From the human T2T-CHM13v2.0 reference genome, Homo sapiens, in assembly GCA_009914755.4 (NCBI GenBank), contig CP068257.2, positions 17,728,001 through 17,792,000 on the forward strand: 64,000 nucleotides of DNA, read 5' to 3'. The notes beneath the pieces were generated by a model. The model did not search any database. It saw only the letters and a list, made by a program, of their open reading frames with translations, and was not told the DNA's origin. Within the stretch, counting starts at the first letter, position 1, and each line of letters begins with the position of its first letter. This document shows, piece after piece, positions 1 to 17,040 of the stretch. The position numbers and the translations under genes are program-made.

Positions 1-3000
1 ATAAATCACTGTAAATACATATAAACTGTAAATCTACCTATGTAAATATGGTTAAAATTTTACTTACTGTATAGAAGAAAAAAGTTTGTGCTTTGTTAAG
101 AATATATATTTCTATTGATGGCAGCAGTTTAAAACTACTAGGAATACAATCTACATCCGTGTGCACAAATTTACTGATTTGTTAAATTCATATTAAATCC
201 AATGTTTTGCAGGAAATTGTTACAGTATAAAAACTAAAGATTTAAAGAAATTTGATTTTAAATATGAGTTCACAAGATATACTTCTCTCACTCTGTGCTC
301 CAGACTCTTTCTCATTATTAAATGAAATGTTAAAGGAAAAGTGCTATATTTTAAAAACACATAAGAGATAATAGAATAACAGCTCAAGAGAATCTTAGGA
401 AATCTTTTGAAACATGTTAAATTTTTATTTATTTTTAAAGTTAGAGAAGGACAAAACAATAAATCTAACGCAGTTGTGTTGTAAGGAAAATAATATATTT
501 GCACTACAGGTGCATTTGCAAATTATGTCAATTCTTATGAATATTCTGCCATTGCAAGAATCTAGGATTTTGGTAAATAGTTTGAATATACATACATTAT
601 TGCATTTCATACGTTGATCAATACGGAAAAAATAAAAAATTATATTGCTAAATCATCTCATCAGTAAAGAATTAAAACTCTTCATTTACTCATCACCTTC
701 TATGTATAGCAGTGAAGTTTTAAATTTACCAATCCTATTAACTTAATGTTTTATGCAACAGTTCCTTCAACATCTGAATTTTCCACTCACCAGTTTGGAT
801 CCCATATTTCATAATTCTGAGACTTTACATAACAGTACAACTATCTTGTCACAAATCACTCTTTTAATGATGCAGGCTTGAAAAATCCCAATTCATGTCC
901 ACAGCAGGGCAGATAAATGTGGGTGAATAAAATCTAAAAACTTGTTGAGTAGCCTTATTTTGAATCTAGAAATTATAACACCAATTATGCCCCTGCTAAT
1001 TGATTGGCATCAACTATTCTTGTTAATTTTACTGTATTTCTGCAAGCCCATTTACCCTTCCATTCCCCTATACGCTCCTCTTTCCTTTTCAAATGCCTCC
1101 ACCTTGAGCCTTGTTCTCAACTGATGATTGTACTTCCTGTTTGACCAACAAGATGTAAAAGAATAACAAAAAAATTGTGAATGACCCCACCAACCCTTTA
1201 CTATCACAGATTTGTTTGTTGATTTACCCTCATTTCTCAGGATTCAAACATTGGAGCATAACACGGAGCCATCTTCAGTCTTCATCCCTTCCAATGTTTC
1301 TTGGGTAGATTATTTTAAGTATCATTTGGATGCTAGTTTCTCCTCAATTTTATAAGCTGCCTAGCTTTCCTCCTTAACTGAAGACATATGCATCAAGTGC
1401 CTTTTCAAAAAGTCCCCTTGGACATCTAATAGGTTTCTCAAGCTTTACCTGTTCAAAATGAAAGTCCTAATTTTTTTTCTCACAGTAACCAACTCCTTTG
1501 GCATTCTTCTTCTTGGTAAATTACACTTGCATTCAGTCAGTTACTTAAGCTGTAGTAGAAACTGGCCATCTGACTAAACCATTTCCTCTTGCAGAAAATA
1601 CACCACAATTTCCACCGTGGTAACTGAGACCATGTTACTAATTCTAGCCACTAGAATGTGTACAGGAGTGATGTGTATCACTGTAAGTCCTAGCCTGTAA
1701 ATAAACACTACTTGCAGTCCTCCTTATTCCTTTCTGCTCTTGTGGCTGGGATGGAGATCATCCTAGGTCAAACTTGGAAGCCACATGCAGAAAAGGAAGA
1801 GCCATAATATAGAAAGAGGTGGGACTCCTCATTCTCTGCTTGAATGAGGTTTTCCTGACCAAGAAAATACAGAGCAGATTAATATGTGTGCAAGAAATGT
1901 ACAAATGTTATGTCCTTGATATTGCTAGAATTTGTTTCAGAAAATAGAATCATCATGCATCTCAAATATATTGAACCATCATAATTCTTTGTATTGCATC
2001 TTCATTTATTAATTATATTCATAATTCAGCCATTTTTACAACTTCTCTGTTGTAAGAGATCATCCTGTTCTGACTGTTATGACTCAATAGGATTACTCCA
2101 ATTCTGCAGAAATACTTTTCTTGAAAACACATTTACATCCTTTCTCCTATTATAATTTTGTTTTGAAATGATTCTGTTAAAACTTGCCAGATAATGTCAC
2201 ACTCCTGCTCAAAATTATACAGTGAATTCTCTTCTCAAAATAAGCAACATAGATTTATATGAAATTTCTCTCCCTCACTACCACTGTGACCTTCTCTTCC
2301 ACTGTTTTATTCCTCACACTCTGCTGAAATTCTATGACCACTTCTAGATCTTCTGATTTACTCAATGTAGTCACTCATTTGTGTCTTTATTTCACTTAAT
2401 CCTTCTGCTTGGAAGGCTTTTCCGCAAGATATATGAAAAGCTTTCTTATCCCATTCATTCAGCACCTACTCAAAGTTTGGAGGGTTAGAATATAACAATG
2501 CATTTATATCTCTTATTTTAGTAATTTCTATTTTGTGGCATATGAGCTGTTTTCACTTTTTATGGTTTTATAAACAATGCATGTCCATGAGCATATGTGA
2601 ATGCCTTTCAATATAGCATTTACCAAAGTTTACATGTATTGTCCTATAGTTTAATTGCAGAGTGATGAGATATGAGATGGTTATAATATGCCAGACAATC
2701 CAAAATGATAGTACCAATTCTTATTCCCAGCAGATGAGAATTCCAAAATTCAAACTATTTACAAAAACCTAGACTGATCCATTTTTATTTTTTTAACTTT
2801 TGCATTTTTTCTTATAATCTAATGAATGTGGTCTTAAGTATCAGTTCCCTGGTCATTAAAACATTTGGAAAAGTTTTTATACATTTATGGACCATTTATG
2901 TGATCTGTTTTGTCACGTCTGTTCCAATTTTTAGCTTATTTTATTCTTGTGGTATTCTATCTATTCTATCAACTGTATGAGTTTCTTTTGTTAGTAGTTA

Positions 3001-3299
3001 TTTATGTGGTATAATAGTTGGATATATTTTCCCTCAAGTTGTAGTTGGTCTTTTAAATTTTGCTGTCTCTTTATGTAACACATGTTAAGATGTTAATAAT
3101 CATAAATACTTAGTTTATCAATTATTGTATTTTTGTACTTTTCATTTTTTGTGTTCTAATGCATTCTTTTTCTTTTTGATCTGAAGGGCTTATTACATTT
3201 ATTGGCATACAATTTTAAAGTATCATTTATCTTTAAAATATCTGCAGCAACTTTAAATGCGCCTTTTTTCCACTACTGATGTTTAAAAATATTTTCCAT

Positions 3300-4455
3300 T
3301 ATCTCTTAAATGTAAATCCCAAATCTATACAAAACCTTAAAGAAAACCTACAAAATGCCACTCTAGACATAGATTCTGGGAAAGATTTTGTGATGAAGAT
3401 GCCAAAAGAAATTGCAAACATAAACAAAATTGGGACCTAATTAAACTAACGGACTTCTGCACAGCAAAAGAAACTATCAAGGGAGTAAAAATCCTACAAA
3501 TTAGGGAAAATATTTGCAAACTATGCACCTGATAAAGTCTAATATCCACAAACTATAGGAAACATAAATTAACAAGCAAGAATTAAACATTAAAAATATT
3601 AAAATGCCCATTAAACATAGAAAAGAACATGAACAGACACTTTTCAAAAGAAGACATACAAGTGGCCAACAAGCATATGAAAAAAATTCTCAGTATCACT
3701 AATCATTACATAAATGCAAATCAATACCACAAGGTACCATCTCACACCAGCAGAATGGTTATTATTAAAAACTCAAAAAATAACAGATGCTGGCGTGGCT
3801 GTAGATAAAATGAAATGCTTATTTGCTGTTGGTGGGAAGGTAAGTTAGTTCATTCACGGTGGAAAGCAGTTTGGAGATTTCTCAAAGAAATTAAAAACAG
3901 AACTACCACTTGACTCAGCAAGATAATTACTGGGTATATACCCAAAGTAATATAATTTGTTCTGCCACAAAGACACATGTGCACGTATATTTATTGCAGC
4001 GCTATTCACAATAACGAAGACCTGGAATCAATCTAGATGCCCATCAATGGTGGACTGGATAAAGAAACTGTGGCACATATACACCATGGAATGCTACAGA
4101 GCAATAAAAAGGAACAAAATCATGTTCTTTTCAGCAACATGGATGCAGTTGGAGGTCATTATCCAGAGCAAATTAATGCAGGAAGAGAAAACCAAATACT
4201 GTGTATTCTCCCTTATAAGGGGGAGCTAAACATTGAGTACACATGCACATTAAGAAGGTAACAGTAGACACTGGGCCATACATAAGTGTGGAGGGTGGGA
4301 GGAGGGTGAGGAATGAAAAACTACTATCAGGTACTGTGTTCATTAGCTGGATGATGGAATAATATGAACACCAAACCCCATGACACACAATTTACTAATG
4401 TAACAAACCTGTAACAAACCTGCACATGTACCTCCTGAACCTAAAATAAAAGTTG
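3300..4455 (+). mobile_element. L1 3-prime portion (ORF2 C-terminus plus 3'UTR) of an older primate L1 (L1PB/L1PA-old-like). The 5-prime boundary is approximate.
   Basis: The translation contains L1 ORF2 C-terminal motifs (HFSKEDI..., [29 protein letters not shown]...). The segment ends with the characteristic L1 3'UTR tail 'gtaacaaacctgcacatgtacctcctgaacctaaaataaaagtt'. Track ORFs 3957-4229 and 4037-4261 are translations of this fragment. Confidence 0.8.
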
Positions 4456-4566
4456 GTAGGGGAAAGAAAAAGAACACTTTCCATTGTGTCTTGTCTGCAC
4501 AGTTTCTCTTAAGAAGTCAGCCATCAGTGAAAACACATATTTTCTCTTAGCTATTTTTATGATTAA

Positions 4567-4890
<324 letters not shown>

Positions 4891-4923
4891 AAAACTTTGA
4901 TTTTCATTAATTTTTTGTTTCTT

Positions 4924-4983
4924 TGACAGGGTCTCATTCTGCTGCTCAGGCTGGAGTGCAGTGGTGCAATCTTGGCTCACTGA
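4924..4983 (-). mobile_element. 5-prime-truncated Alu fragment: only the last ~60 bp of the right arm plus a T-rich tail remnant.
   Basis: gacagggtctcattctgctgctcaggctggagtgcagtggtgcaatcttggctcactg matches the reverse complement of the Alu 3-prime end. It is preceded by ttttttgtttc. There is no Alu sequence beyond position 4983. Confidence 0.7.
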
Positions 4984-7407
4984 AAACTCTTTGAGAAAAT
5001 TTAAGTGTTTTTTTTTTTAAATAATTCATTCTATAGTATGTTTACTGACCCTGAATCAATTGTTTTTCTCATCTATTACCTTTTTGAATGCTCTTTCATC
5101 ATTATCTGTTTTTTTTCTATTATATTTTTTCTCTTGCTTCTTTAGGTTGGGAAATTTTTAGCTTGTTAATTTATATTTTTTATGTGCCCACTTACAGTTA
5201 ATTCTATACACTAGCTAATTTCAGATATTGTATTTTTCCATTCTATAATATGGCTTAAATTTCTGGAAAAATTCTCCTTTCTTTTGTCTATTTTAGCCAC
5301 TAGTCATTATCTATATTTTCACCATATTTGGCACAGTTATAGTCAGTTTTTTCTTGCTATTCCAATTTCTTGACAATTTTCACAGCTCCTAGTATTATTT
5401 TTCTCAAAATTTTCTGTCATATTTTGGTCTATTTGAGTTTCTAGTAATTTTATGGAACTCTAAATTTTATACTGTAGAGACTTTAAATATTTTCTTTCAC
5501 TAGAAAAGGCTATTTTTTTCCTCTGTCATGCAGATAGAGTGAGAGTATGATCATTTCTCTCCAAACATGGATATAGTTGGATCAGTACTAGACTAAAATT
5601 TGAGGAATACTTGGTATACTCTGCTTCATTCCTATTGCTTAAGCATAGGCTTCTGGGCTTTTGATTGAGAGAGGTTATCTGATGTTTGCAAGCTCATCCC
5701 TGAAAGACTACAGAACATCATTGCTATCCTTTGATATTTTTCTAGTTGATATGTCTAATCTCTTAAGCCAGTGCAGAATAAATATTGGCATATATCTGTA
5801 GGTGAAACCACTGCTTTATTCCTTGAGCACAATGGAGGAAATTTTACTCCACCTTTAGAAAGGCTCTTTCTAGGTCTTTAGCCTCTGAGCAGTCCCAAGA
5901 TTCAGAAAATATTTTCTGGTGATATCTAGGCATGTGGATGATGCTCCTCAAGTTGTAACATTTTGATTATTTAAAAAGCATCATTGCTTTTTGTTTTTTC
6001 CTTCCTCCAGCATAGTTTGTCTGCTGTGGTAAGCCCAATTCTATGGCCAATTCTAGGAGTGGAAAAGTCACCCAGCTTCATAAGGAAAACAAAAACAACA
6101 TTGGTGAGCATCAGCTTAACTCTAACAGTTCTAACCTCTTGAGTAAGATATAAAATTCTAAAATCTATTAATATCTAGTGAAATCTCTAGCAATTCAGCT
6201 ATATTAGATAGATACACATTATTATTAGCTTCATATCAGTTTAGCTCAGGATTTTACACCAAATGAGGTGGCACTAATTTTGTTGAAAATACGTGTTTTT
6301 AGAGTTCACTTATTTTGATATTTGTGAATAAGTGGCTTTGGATCTGCTAGTATTCCACTAATTTTCTGATTAACAAAAAATAGTAAAGTACTTTAATCTC
6401 ACTCACCCCTTGTTAATGCATATAGTATTTTTTTGCTGTATGTTTTAATTTCAATTTATTTTTAATATCAAAATCATTATTAGTGTCATTTAAAAATCAT
6501 TACATCATCCTGTATATTTTTTTCTATTATTTATTCTTCAATCTGACCTTCCATATGAAATAATTTTATTTTTTAAATGTTATGTATTTATTTATTTAAT
6601 TCATTTCTATTTAATGAGATTTTGCTAAGAGAAAATTATTCCTGTTTTCCTTTGGTAAAAATGTCTAGCTAATATTCTTAAGATATATTTGCACTGGGTA
6701 CAGAATTCTAGCTAGACATTTATGTAATTTTATTACAGAAGAAAAAATTCCATTTTTCTAATTTTATTTTTGTTTTGAAATATTAGTATAATTTATCATT
6801 AAAGGTAAATTATTGTTTCCTTTTTCACACTTTTATATTCTTCTTTATATTCTTTCTAAAACTTAATATAGGCTTTAGGTTTTCTAAAATTTTACCTTAC
6901 ATGTTTTACTTTGATTACCCTGATCAGGATTTATAGGTATTCTTATGTATTTGAATTGAAATTTTTAAACATTCTTCATCATTTTTTTCTTCTAATGATG
7001 CCTCTGTCTCATTTTCCCACTCTTTCGTAAGTCCAGGTAGACTTGTTATGATTTCTTACAATTTGTCATTCCTTATAAGATCACCTTCATATTTTTCATT
7101 TACTTTTCTCTTGAAAATAATGTATATTGTATTCAATTTTATCTCTCATTTCTCTAATTACCTCATTAATTTATCTATTTTGTTTTGAGTTTTTAATTTG
7201 TATTGTATCAAGTTAAAATACACATAGAGCAAACATACAAATCTGAAGTTTATAATTAAATGAGTTGAAGGAAATATGTTCACCTATGTATCCACAATCG
7301 TAATTAAGATACAGAAAATTTCTCTTACCTGAAAATACACTTATGTCCTTGTCAGTCATTTCCTACACCCTATAAACAAACACAATTTTGCATTTTTTTG
7401 ACTATAG

Positions 7408-7790
7408 GCTGTCTTAGTACATTCAGCCTTATATAACAATGTATCATAAACTGGATGGATTATAAACAACATAAATATATGTCTCACAATTCTTGAGGCT
7501 GGAAATTCTAAGATCAAGGCACTGACAAACTGGGTGATGATGAGGGCTCACTTCCTGGTTCACAGACAGCCATCTTTTCACTGCATCTTCACATGTCAGA
7601 AAGGGTGAGAGATCTCCCTGAGCTCTCTTCTTAAAAGGGCACTGATCACGTTCATAAGGACTCTGCTGTCAGGCTAACTATCCCCCAAAGTCCCCTCTAG
7701 CTAATAAAATCACCTTAAAGGTTAGGAATTCAAAGTATGAATTTTGGGGTGATACAAACATTCAGACCATAGTGATTAGTTTGATTTCTA
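7408..7790 (-). mobile_element. Solo LTR of an ancient ERVL-MaLR (MLT1-like), reverse orientation.
   Basis: The reverse complement matches the MaLR LTR consensus as I remember it (…ctggaaattctaagatcaaggcactgacaaactgggtgatgatgagggctcacttcctggttcacagacagccatcttt… ; …ggaattcaaagtatgaattttggggtgatacaaacattcagaccatag). The same family recurs at 16430, 19390 and 31200. Confidence 0.6.
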
Positions 7791-7878
7791 AATTATATAG
7801 TAAGTTGCTTAATTTTAATTTTTTTTTTTAGTATACTTAATTAATAAATACAGGAAGAGTTAGAGAAATGCTCTTTGG

Positions 7879-8207
<329 letters not shown>

Positions 8208-8372
8208 AATGCTCTTTGGCTAAATTCATTTTGTCATTTACCTCAACTATTGTATTTTTATTATAACATATTTCTCACGTGTAGTATCTCAATTGGCTTT
8301 CCTTTACAAATCCCTTTGTGCTTTACATTATTTATATATCTTGGAATGCTTTAAGTTATGATGACTTTCTAT

Positions 8373-9891
<1,519 letters not shown>

Positions 9892-10520
9892 TAATGTTCC
9901 TCAAATAAGTCATCTTACCGTGGAGTTATTAACTGGTAATATGCAGAGCCTTTGAGACCCACCCAACCACAAGCCTGGTGCCAATTGTATTAACTAGTAA
10001 GAGAACATCACAAGCAATATTTTAACTATTTTTTCAGGTCCTTGCCCCTATTTTGATTTTGCAGACTTAGATTATGAAGAAGAAGCCAGCAGTCCATGTT
10101 ACTTTGCCATATTGTAAGAAACTATATAAATCATATTTATGGAGCAAATTGTATGCTACATACTGTGGTAAATAATAAGTCAGATATGATTCCTATAAAT
10201 CTGTTGTATTTCCAACTCTTGATGAAACAGTAGGTGACTATGATAACTAGTAAAGAAAGGAGAAGAAATTTCATCTTCAAAATTTCTGTAGGGTATATAA
10301 TCCCTTAAGTAAGTATGACAACAGGTTATAAAAATTTCTAAGTCTTCAATAACCTCAACTACAGAAAGGGATCTTTTCAATCTAAACTATCTAAGAATAT
10401 ATGATATCCATTTCACTACTTCAGTAGTGAAATTATTTACTACAGAATGAGTAATTATGGTTACAAATTTGAAATAATATGTGTTATCAGGGTTTCTATT
10501 TCTACATGGAGCTTATTTAT

Positions 10521-10640
10521 TTTTTAGAGACAGGGTTTCACTATTTGCTCAGGCTGGCCTCAAACTCCTGAGCTCAAGTTACCCTCCCATCTCAGCCTCT
10601 CCAGTACCTGAGATTACAGACATGCATCACTGTGCTAGCT
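10521..10640 (-). mobile_element. Free Alu-monomer-like element (FLAM-like), reverse orientation.
   Basis: tttttagagacagggtttcactatttgctcaggctggcctcaaactcctgagctcaag...attacagacatgcatcactgtgc matches the reverse complement of an Alu left monomer only. No right arm is present. Confidence 0.55.
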
Positions 10641-12099
10641 GTGTGAACTTTTAAAGTACCTTTAGATCAACTATATTATATTGAGTAACACTAGTGAATT
10701 ATATGTGGCAAAACACTTCATTTGAAATAGTTATCTTTACTAATATAAAAAAACTTGCTATACTACAAACGTGGAAAAAAGTCAATAAATGGCACCATAA
10801 CATTAGGACAGATACATATCTCTATTTTCTGTGTTTCAAAATACATTTTTTAACTATGTTCCTTACTAGTTTAGAGTTACTGAAAATTCAAATCTGGCCT
10901 CCAAAAATCCTAACGGTTACTTATATGTTTAAGTTTCATAGCACTGTCCAGTTTATTTCATGGTTTGCATTGTTCCAAATTTAGATATAATTTCTGTATT
11001 ATTTTTATATGAAATTGGAAGTATTCAAGCAGTAACACACTTTATAAGGAAGTATCCCTGAGAGAATTTCACTGATTGTGTTTTAATAAGATGAGATATA
11101 CTAAGATTTCAGTTCCATATTATTGTCTTGTTGTAGAAACTGTCCTTATTCAGTGATGCAGAAAACATTTAGTTTCCTCTTAAATTCATAGATTCCTATT
11201 GAGATACAAATGAATTGGATCTGGCCTTAGAGTTTTAATATTCATATTTTAATTTTTTATGAATGTGCTTTTCCCCTACTAATCTCTTCTTTTCAGCACA
11301 CACTTTTATTAATACTAAGTAACAACTTTTGTCTTACTAGCATCCATACTTGCTAACGACAGATAGATTAGCATAGAAAATCACTAATAAAAAAACTTAA
11401 TAAAAGAGTTCTCAAAGTATATGACTTAGAAACTCACTAAAAAGTGTTTAAAAAGTGAGATGCCCTTAGCTGGCCAGGGCAGTTGGGGTCGGGGGGTGCA
11501 GAAATGTAGAAAACTCTGTGTTAAAGTTAAGTAGATTTTTCTCCACAAGAAAGACAAAATATCCTAACTTGCTAACGGGTATTGAAAATATACAGTTGAA
11601 AACACAGTATTTCACATTTTCTAAACAAATTTGCAATACCTCATATTACTAACTCCAGTTCCTGTTTTGAAGAATGCTAATATAATGGCAAAACAAATCA
11701 GAAAAGTGTGGTTTTTCACTAAAAATAGGGAAAATAGTAAAGGCACTTAAATATACTGACATATTGTAATACAAATATCAAACACTTTCTATTAAGTGAT
11801 ATGGACAGCATATAGGAGGACATAATTCTAACATCCCTTGTATCATTAGTTAAGAAAGGAATCTTGGACAGGACTTAAAAGAGATGAACCCTCGGAAATA
11901 TAATAAATGTAATAATTGTACTAGATTAATTTTTTCCTAGTCTTCTTTTTGTATGTGTGTTTAAGAACTCTATAGAAATAGTGTTAAAATAAAGATCCCT
12001 CAAGGGCTATCTTTTCACATCTTAGTTAAGAATATCTGGGTAAGCTTCCAGCAACTGTACTTTTAAGTTATTAGGTATCTGGGGATTCTCGTGCCCAAC

Positions 12100-13300
12100 A
12101 ATGTTTGAAAATCAATTGTCTAAAAAATCAAGAGTAGAATAACTATAGCCTGCAGGCCAAATCTAGCCTACAGCCTGTTTTAATATGTTTACCAAGCAAA
12201 GAATGATTTTTACACTGTTTTGATATGTAAAAAATAAAAGAGAAGAGAAAAATATGTAATAGACACCATATGTAGCCCACACAGCCTAAAATATCTACTT
12301 TATGGTCATTTATTTTAAAGGGTTGGTGATCTCTGGCTTAGACATGATTTTTAGTAACAGTTTCACTGAAATATAATTTTCATACTATACAATTTACTAG
12401 TTTAAATGTATATCCTGGTGGTGTTTAGTATATCACCCAAATGTACAATCATCAATATCAGATTATAGAATATGTTCTTAACGCTAAAAAATACAAACCC
12501 ATACTTACGAGGAGTCACTCTTGATCTCTCCCCTTCTCTTGACCCAGACCCTGGAAACCACTAATCAACTTTCTGTTCCTATAGAATTACCTAGTATGAA
12601 CATTTTATATAAATAGAATGATGCAATATGTAAACTTACGTGACTGGCTTCTTTCACTTGGCATGATGTTTTCAAGGTTCTTTCATGGTGTAGAATGTAT
12701 TTCATTCCTTTTTTGCTGGATGATTTTCTATTGCATGAGTATGATACCTCTTGTCTCTCCAGTAATTACTTCAGGGACATTTGTTTTTGTTCAAGTTTCT
12801 GGCTGTTATGAATAGTATAGCTATAAACATTCATGTATTAATTTGTGTTTGGGCATATGTTTATTTTGGGATATATATTCAAATCCCATTGCCTATTCAA
12901 GTCTTTTGCATATTCTTAAACTACATTTAAATTTTTTTTGCATTGTTCTTAATATATTACTTGTATATTCTGGATTCAAGTCTCCTATCAAATATATCAT
13001 TTGCAAATATTTTCTTGCACTGTATGGTCTGTTTCTTTTCACTTTATTGATGTTCTCTGCAACATAAAACTTTTAATTTTAATTGATTTTTTTGTCAATT
13101 GTGTTTGTTTAATTTTCGGTGACAAAGTTTTACTCTCATATTTTCTTCTAAGAGTTTCATAGTTTTAGCTCTTATATTTAGGTCTATGATTCATTTGGAA
13201 TTAATTTTTGTTTACAGTATGAAGTAAGGATCTCGCGTCATTCTTTTGCATGAGGATATCCAGTTTTTCTGGTACTATTTGTAGTCTAGAGCATTTTTTG
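12100..13300 (-). mobile_element. 3-prime portion of an old L1 (L1PB/L1MA-like), reverse orientation. Boundaries are approximate.
   Basis: Between 12370 and 12660 the reverse complement matches the old-L1 3'UTR as I remember it (…aagaagccagtcacgtaagtttacatattgcatcattctatttatataaaatgttcatactaggtaattctatag…; …cactttaaa…gaattatat…cag at the minus-strand 3-prime end near 12366). Upstream, 12660-13300 reads as antisense L1 ORF2 C-terminal sequence. Confidence 0.5.
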
Positions 13301-16300
13301 CTACCATCTGATGCTTTTATGTGACATATATTTATGTTACACATTAAAAGCTTTGTATATTAACATATCTTCTTATCTGACGTAAGTTACAGTCTTTAGG
13401 TATGTTTGTGTATTTCATAATAATTGGGGCAGAAATATCATATTATTAAGCTACAATTATAATGCAAAATGTAATGTTTCCCATAACAAACTAGTTTGAA
13501 TGTTTCTCTGCTGTGTCTAGTCTAAACAAAAACAAACATGTCTAATATAGAACACATCAAAGCTACTGCATTTATATATGCCAACGTTATACGGGACAGT
13601 AGGAAAGACAACATGTGTGGCACCTGCTGTGCATGTATTAAGCACAAACTTCAACTTTTCTCAGTTTAATTAATATGATTTTAAAGCAAATAAAAAGGTG
13701 GACATATTATCCTGGAGGAAAAGAAACAGTACTTGATGTGAGCTATTTTATTGTTGCCATGTTCTTATTTTTTTCTTTTGACTCCTACCAAGTATTTTGA
13801 TATGTTTCTACTGCAGATCACTTTTACCTGTTTGAAATGTCCTGTTACTGCTGTGGTTCATTAGTGAGTTTATATTCTACAATAACTTATACTTATTGTC
13901 TTGTCCTAGATTAATTCAATAGAGTTTGAGTTTATTATGGAATACAACCACATCATAGCACCAAGCTTTGTGGACTGGATTGTAGCTGATACAAAAGGAA
14001 TGTAAGAGTATTTTATTTGATGTTTAGTAGCATGTCTTATATTATTTTTCTACATGTTGGGGGTTTTCATGGTTTGTTCCAAATTTATAAAAGGATTTCT
14101 AAAACCCCATTGTCTGAAGTTGTTAGTTTCTGAAAGAAAATATGTAAAGTATTTCACTGAATGTTAATTTGCTACAATTTTTATACTAAAATCACTCTCA
14201 TTTATGTGTTAAAAATTATTACAACTTAGCAATTCCATTTTTATATGCCATGACAACAAGGATTAAATAAATCTAATGCTTCTCAAAACAACCTAATGAG
14301 GTATTAAATGGACTTATTATAGTGAGCAAAAATGTAATATGTCAAAGGTCGCAGAGTAAAAAGGTAAATGTAGTTGTGAACGAAAACTGTCAATTTCCAA
14401 AGTCTCAGCTGCTGCACCAGAAAATGATGGTGAAAGTAAAATCCAACTTTATTTAAACAGAGAGAATGAATTTGTTTTGCAGGCAATCCAGCAAGCCAGC
14501 GAGGGTTTTAAAAGCCTTTTTTTCTGTTTTAGTTTCCAATCTCTAATAGAATACACATTTATACTTTAACTTAATTATAAGCTTCAATGTTATTGGAGCA
14601 TGATTTCTCCATGATCACTGTAAATATGTTTAAGTGATAGAATATAATTAATGCCAGAATTTGTTATCACTTGAGGTACGCACCAGATAAAAGCTGTAAG
14701 AGAGGAACAGAGCCAGAACCTGAGTTCAGAAACAATGTCTTGGGAATTATTACTTAGGTTTTCATACATACCAAAGCAGCTACAAGAAACATAAAAGAAC
14801 TGAGGAACAGGGCCCCTCTATCGTTGATGTCTGGTCAAATATTATTAGTGTAATTTGAAATTCTAAAATTATACAATGGATAGAAGGAGAGGAAAATTAA
14901 TGAAAGGCCATTTAAAAACGAAAAATTAAAATAAATGATGAAACTAAAGATAAATTCACTTCTCATGCTTTGCCTTGTGTCAGTCAAAGCAATTGCAAAA
15001 CATTTGAATAGAATGAATATCACTCCTGAAAATTTTCAAGTACCACAAAAAGATAATATTCTTTCTGAAACCCATTTTAAAGTCATTACTCTTAGCACAG
15101 GTTGCTGTGCTGTATTTTATTCCTGTTTCTATTCATCAGCTATAGAAATGCTGAGGTAGATTTATATAGATAGATTCATATACTTTGAGACCTTAAGATC
15201 TCGCAATTCTCTATTGATACTTAATTAATTTCTTCCATGGTTTTGTTGCTCAAAATCTGCTATGCACATTTTATCTGTACTAGGGCAGTGACATCATTTC
15301 TATTACAGATACTTAAAAGGAATAACTTAGGAAGGGATTTCTGTATACTCACTGTCATTATCTCAATTGCTAAATCTGTCTCTCATAGGGATTTTGAAAT
15401 GTTTCAAATGATTTGCTTTAGAAAATTGAGGCACTTAAATGAAAAAAAAGTACACTATTTTAAAAGTACTCTACAATCTATGATTAATGAGGTAAAAACT
15501 GACTTCATCTGACACAAAATCAAGGCATGATATCGATCCCAAACGTGAGATCATCTATGGGTATAATTTGTGTCCTTTTTGTGATAATGACATGAGATGT
15601 GCATGTGTGTGTGAGAGAGAGAGAACAAAAAGAGAAAATCACTTTGAAAATTTTGTTCGCATAACTTTTTAGAGCTCAATATTTCATTTCTTCCTAAACA
15701 TTAGTTTGGTTCTACTCAAAGTATAAAATATCACATGCTTTGAAACACAAAATGTAAACTAACTTGGAATCATAGGCAATAATCACTCTGATTGATCAAA
15801 TCCATTTTCAGAATCAGCAAATGGCAAGAATAAGTGTCATCTTTCCCAAGAAAAAAACTTCTACTCTTCTGTATTTATCTTTTTCTCAGATCAGCTATAC
15901 ATGCCAAATAGATACTTATCTGTATCAAGATGATAAAAATAGCAGAATTATCACTTCTGCTTTTCTTCAGTGATTAACTAAAGGAGCTATTGATAATGCC
16001 ATTCCCATTCAGGCATCATTAAGAGGTCGCCTTTCTCTATGCTATTCAATGTTTGATCTAGTCAAATAATTTCAATATTTTCTATTAAAGTTTCCTTCTG
16101 AATAATGGCATTAAAATTGAGGAAATTATTTCATAGAGATTTATAAAATGAGTCTAAGCCTTTTAAATTAAATTTCAAGAAAATAAAACAATTAAAATTT
16201 GCTTTATTTGCACAAGTCTCAGCACGTTGAAAAATAAAATTCATAATAATAACAAATTTGGATGCCTTACTTTACTTTCACAAAATAAAATCAGTGTTTC

Positions 16301-16429
16301 CAATATTTTAAAATTAATTTAGAGAGTAGTAATTTGTGGACATAAAACTCCTAATGTAGAATTAATTAGGGTCCCTCCACATGACCTTCAGAAAAATGTG
16401 TCCCATTCATAAAGGCTGAGACACAATGC

Positions 16430-16735
16430 TATGGCTTGAATGTTTCCCCTCCAAAATTCAGGTGTTGCCATTGTGACTGTATTAAGAAGTGAGACCTTGA
16501 AGACGTGAGGAAGCCATGAGGGGTCCTCCCTCATGAATGGGATTAGGCATCCTTAAAAAGGGACTTGACTGAGGGAGTTGGTCTTTCTCTCTCCCACCTA
16601 CTGCCAGGTGAGGATACAGTAAGAAGGCCCACACCAGATGCAGGCACCTTGATCTTAGATTTCCAGATCCCTGTGCGAATGGCATGTTGGGAGTTTAATA
16701 AAAATCCCTATCACTTCAGTGTTGGTGTTTATCGA
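16430..16735 (+). mobile_element. Solo LTR of an ancient ERVL-MaLR (MLT1-like), forward orientation.
   Basis: cccctccaaaattcaggtgttg… gtcctccctcatgaatgggattaggcatccttaaaaagggacttgactgagg… ctactgccaggtgaggatacagtaagaaggcccacaccagatgcaggcaccttgatcttagatttccagatccctgtgcgaatg follows the MLT1-type LTR layout. Confidence 0.55.
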
Positions 16736-17040
16736 AAAGAAAATATTTAAAATTTGGAACATGCCAGAGTGTGAGGGACATTTAAAAACTGTAAGCTGTA
16801 TTTGCATTTAAGAACATAAATATTCTGAAACCACAACAGGTCTCTCAACAACAATGTTTTATGATTAAAACCATGATTTGAGAACATATCCAGCTATTTT
16901 AAGAGAAAATAACTGGAAATAAATAATGCTTGGAAACAGAAGAGACCAACCATACTATTGCATAAGATTCTTGGAGCTACCATGGTGTTAAAAAAAAAAT
17001 GTAATACACTTGAAAGATACCTTCAGGGACAGTGATTTTT

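Noticed and set aside
5000-7390. Long AT-rich interval that looks like antisense old L1 (L1M/L1P) sequence.
   Set aside because: It is suggestive, with many T-rich antisense-L1-like motifs, but I could not anchor any segment to an L1 consensus with confidence. It is left unannotated.
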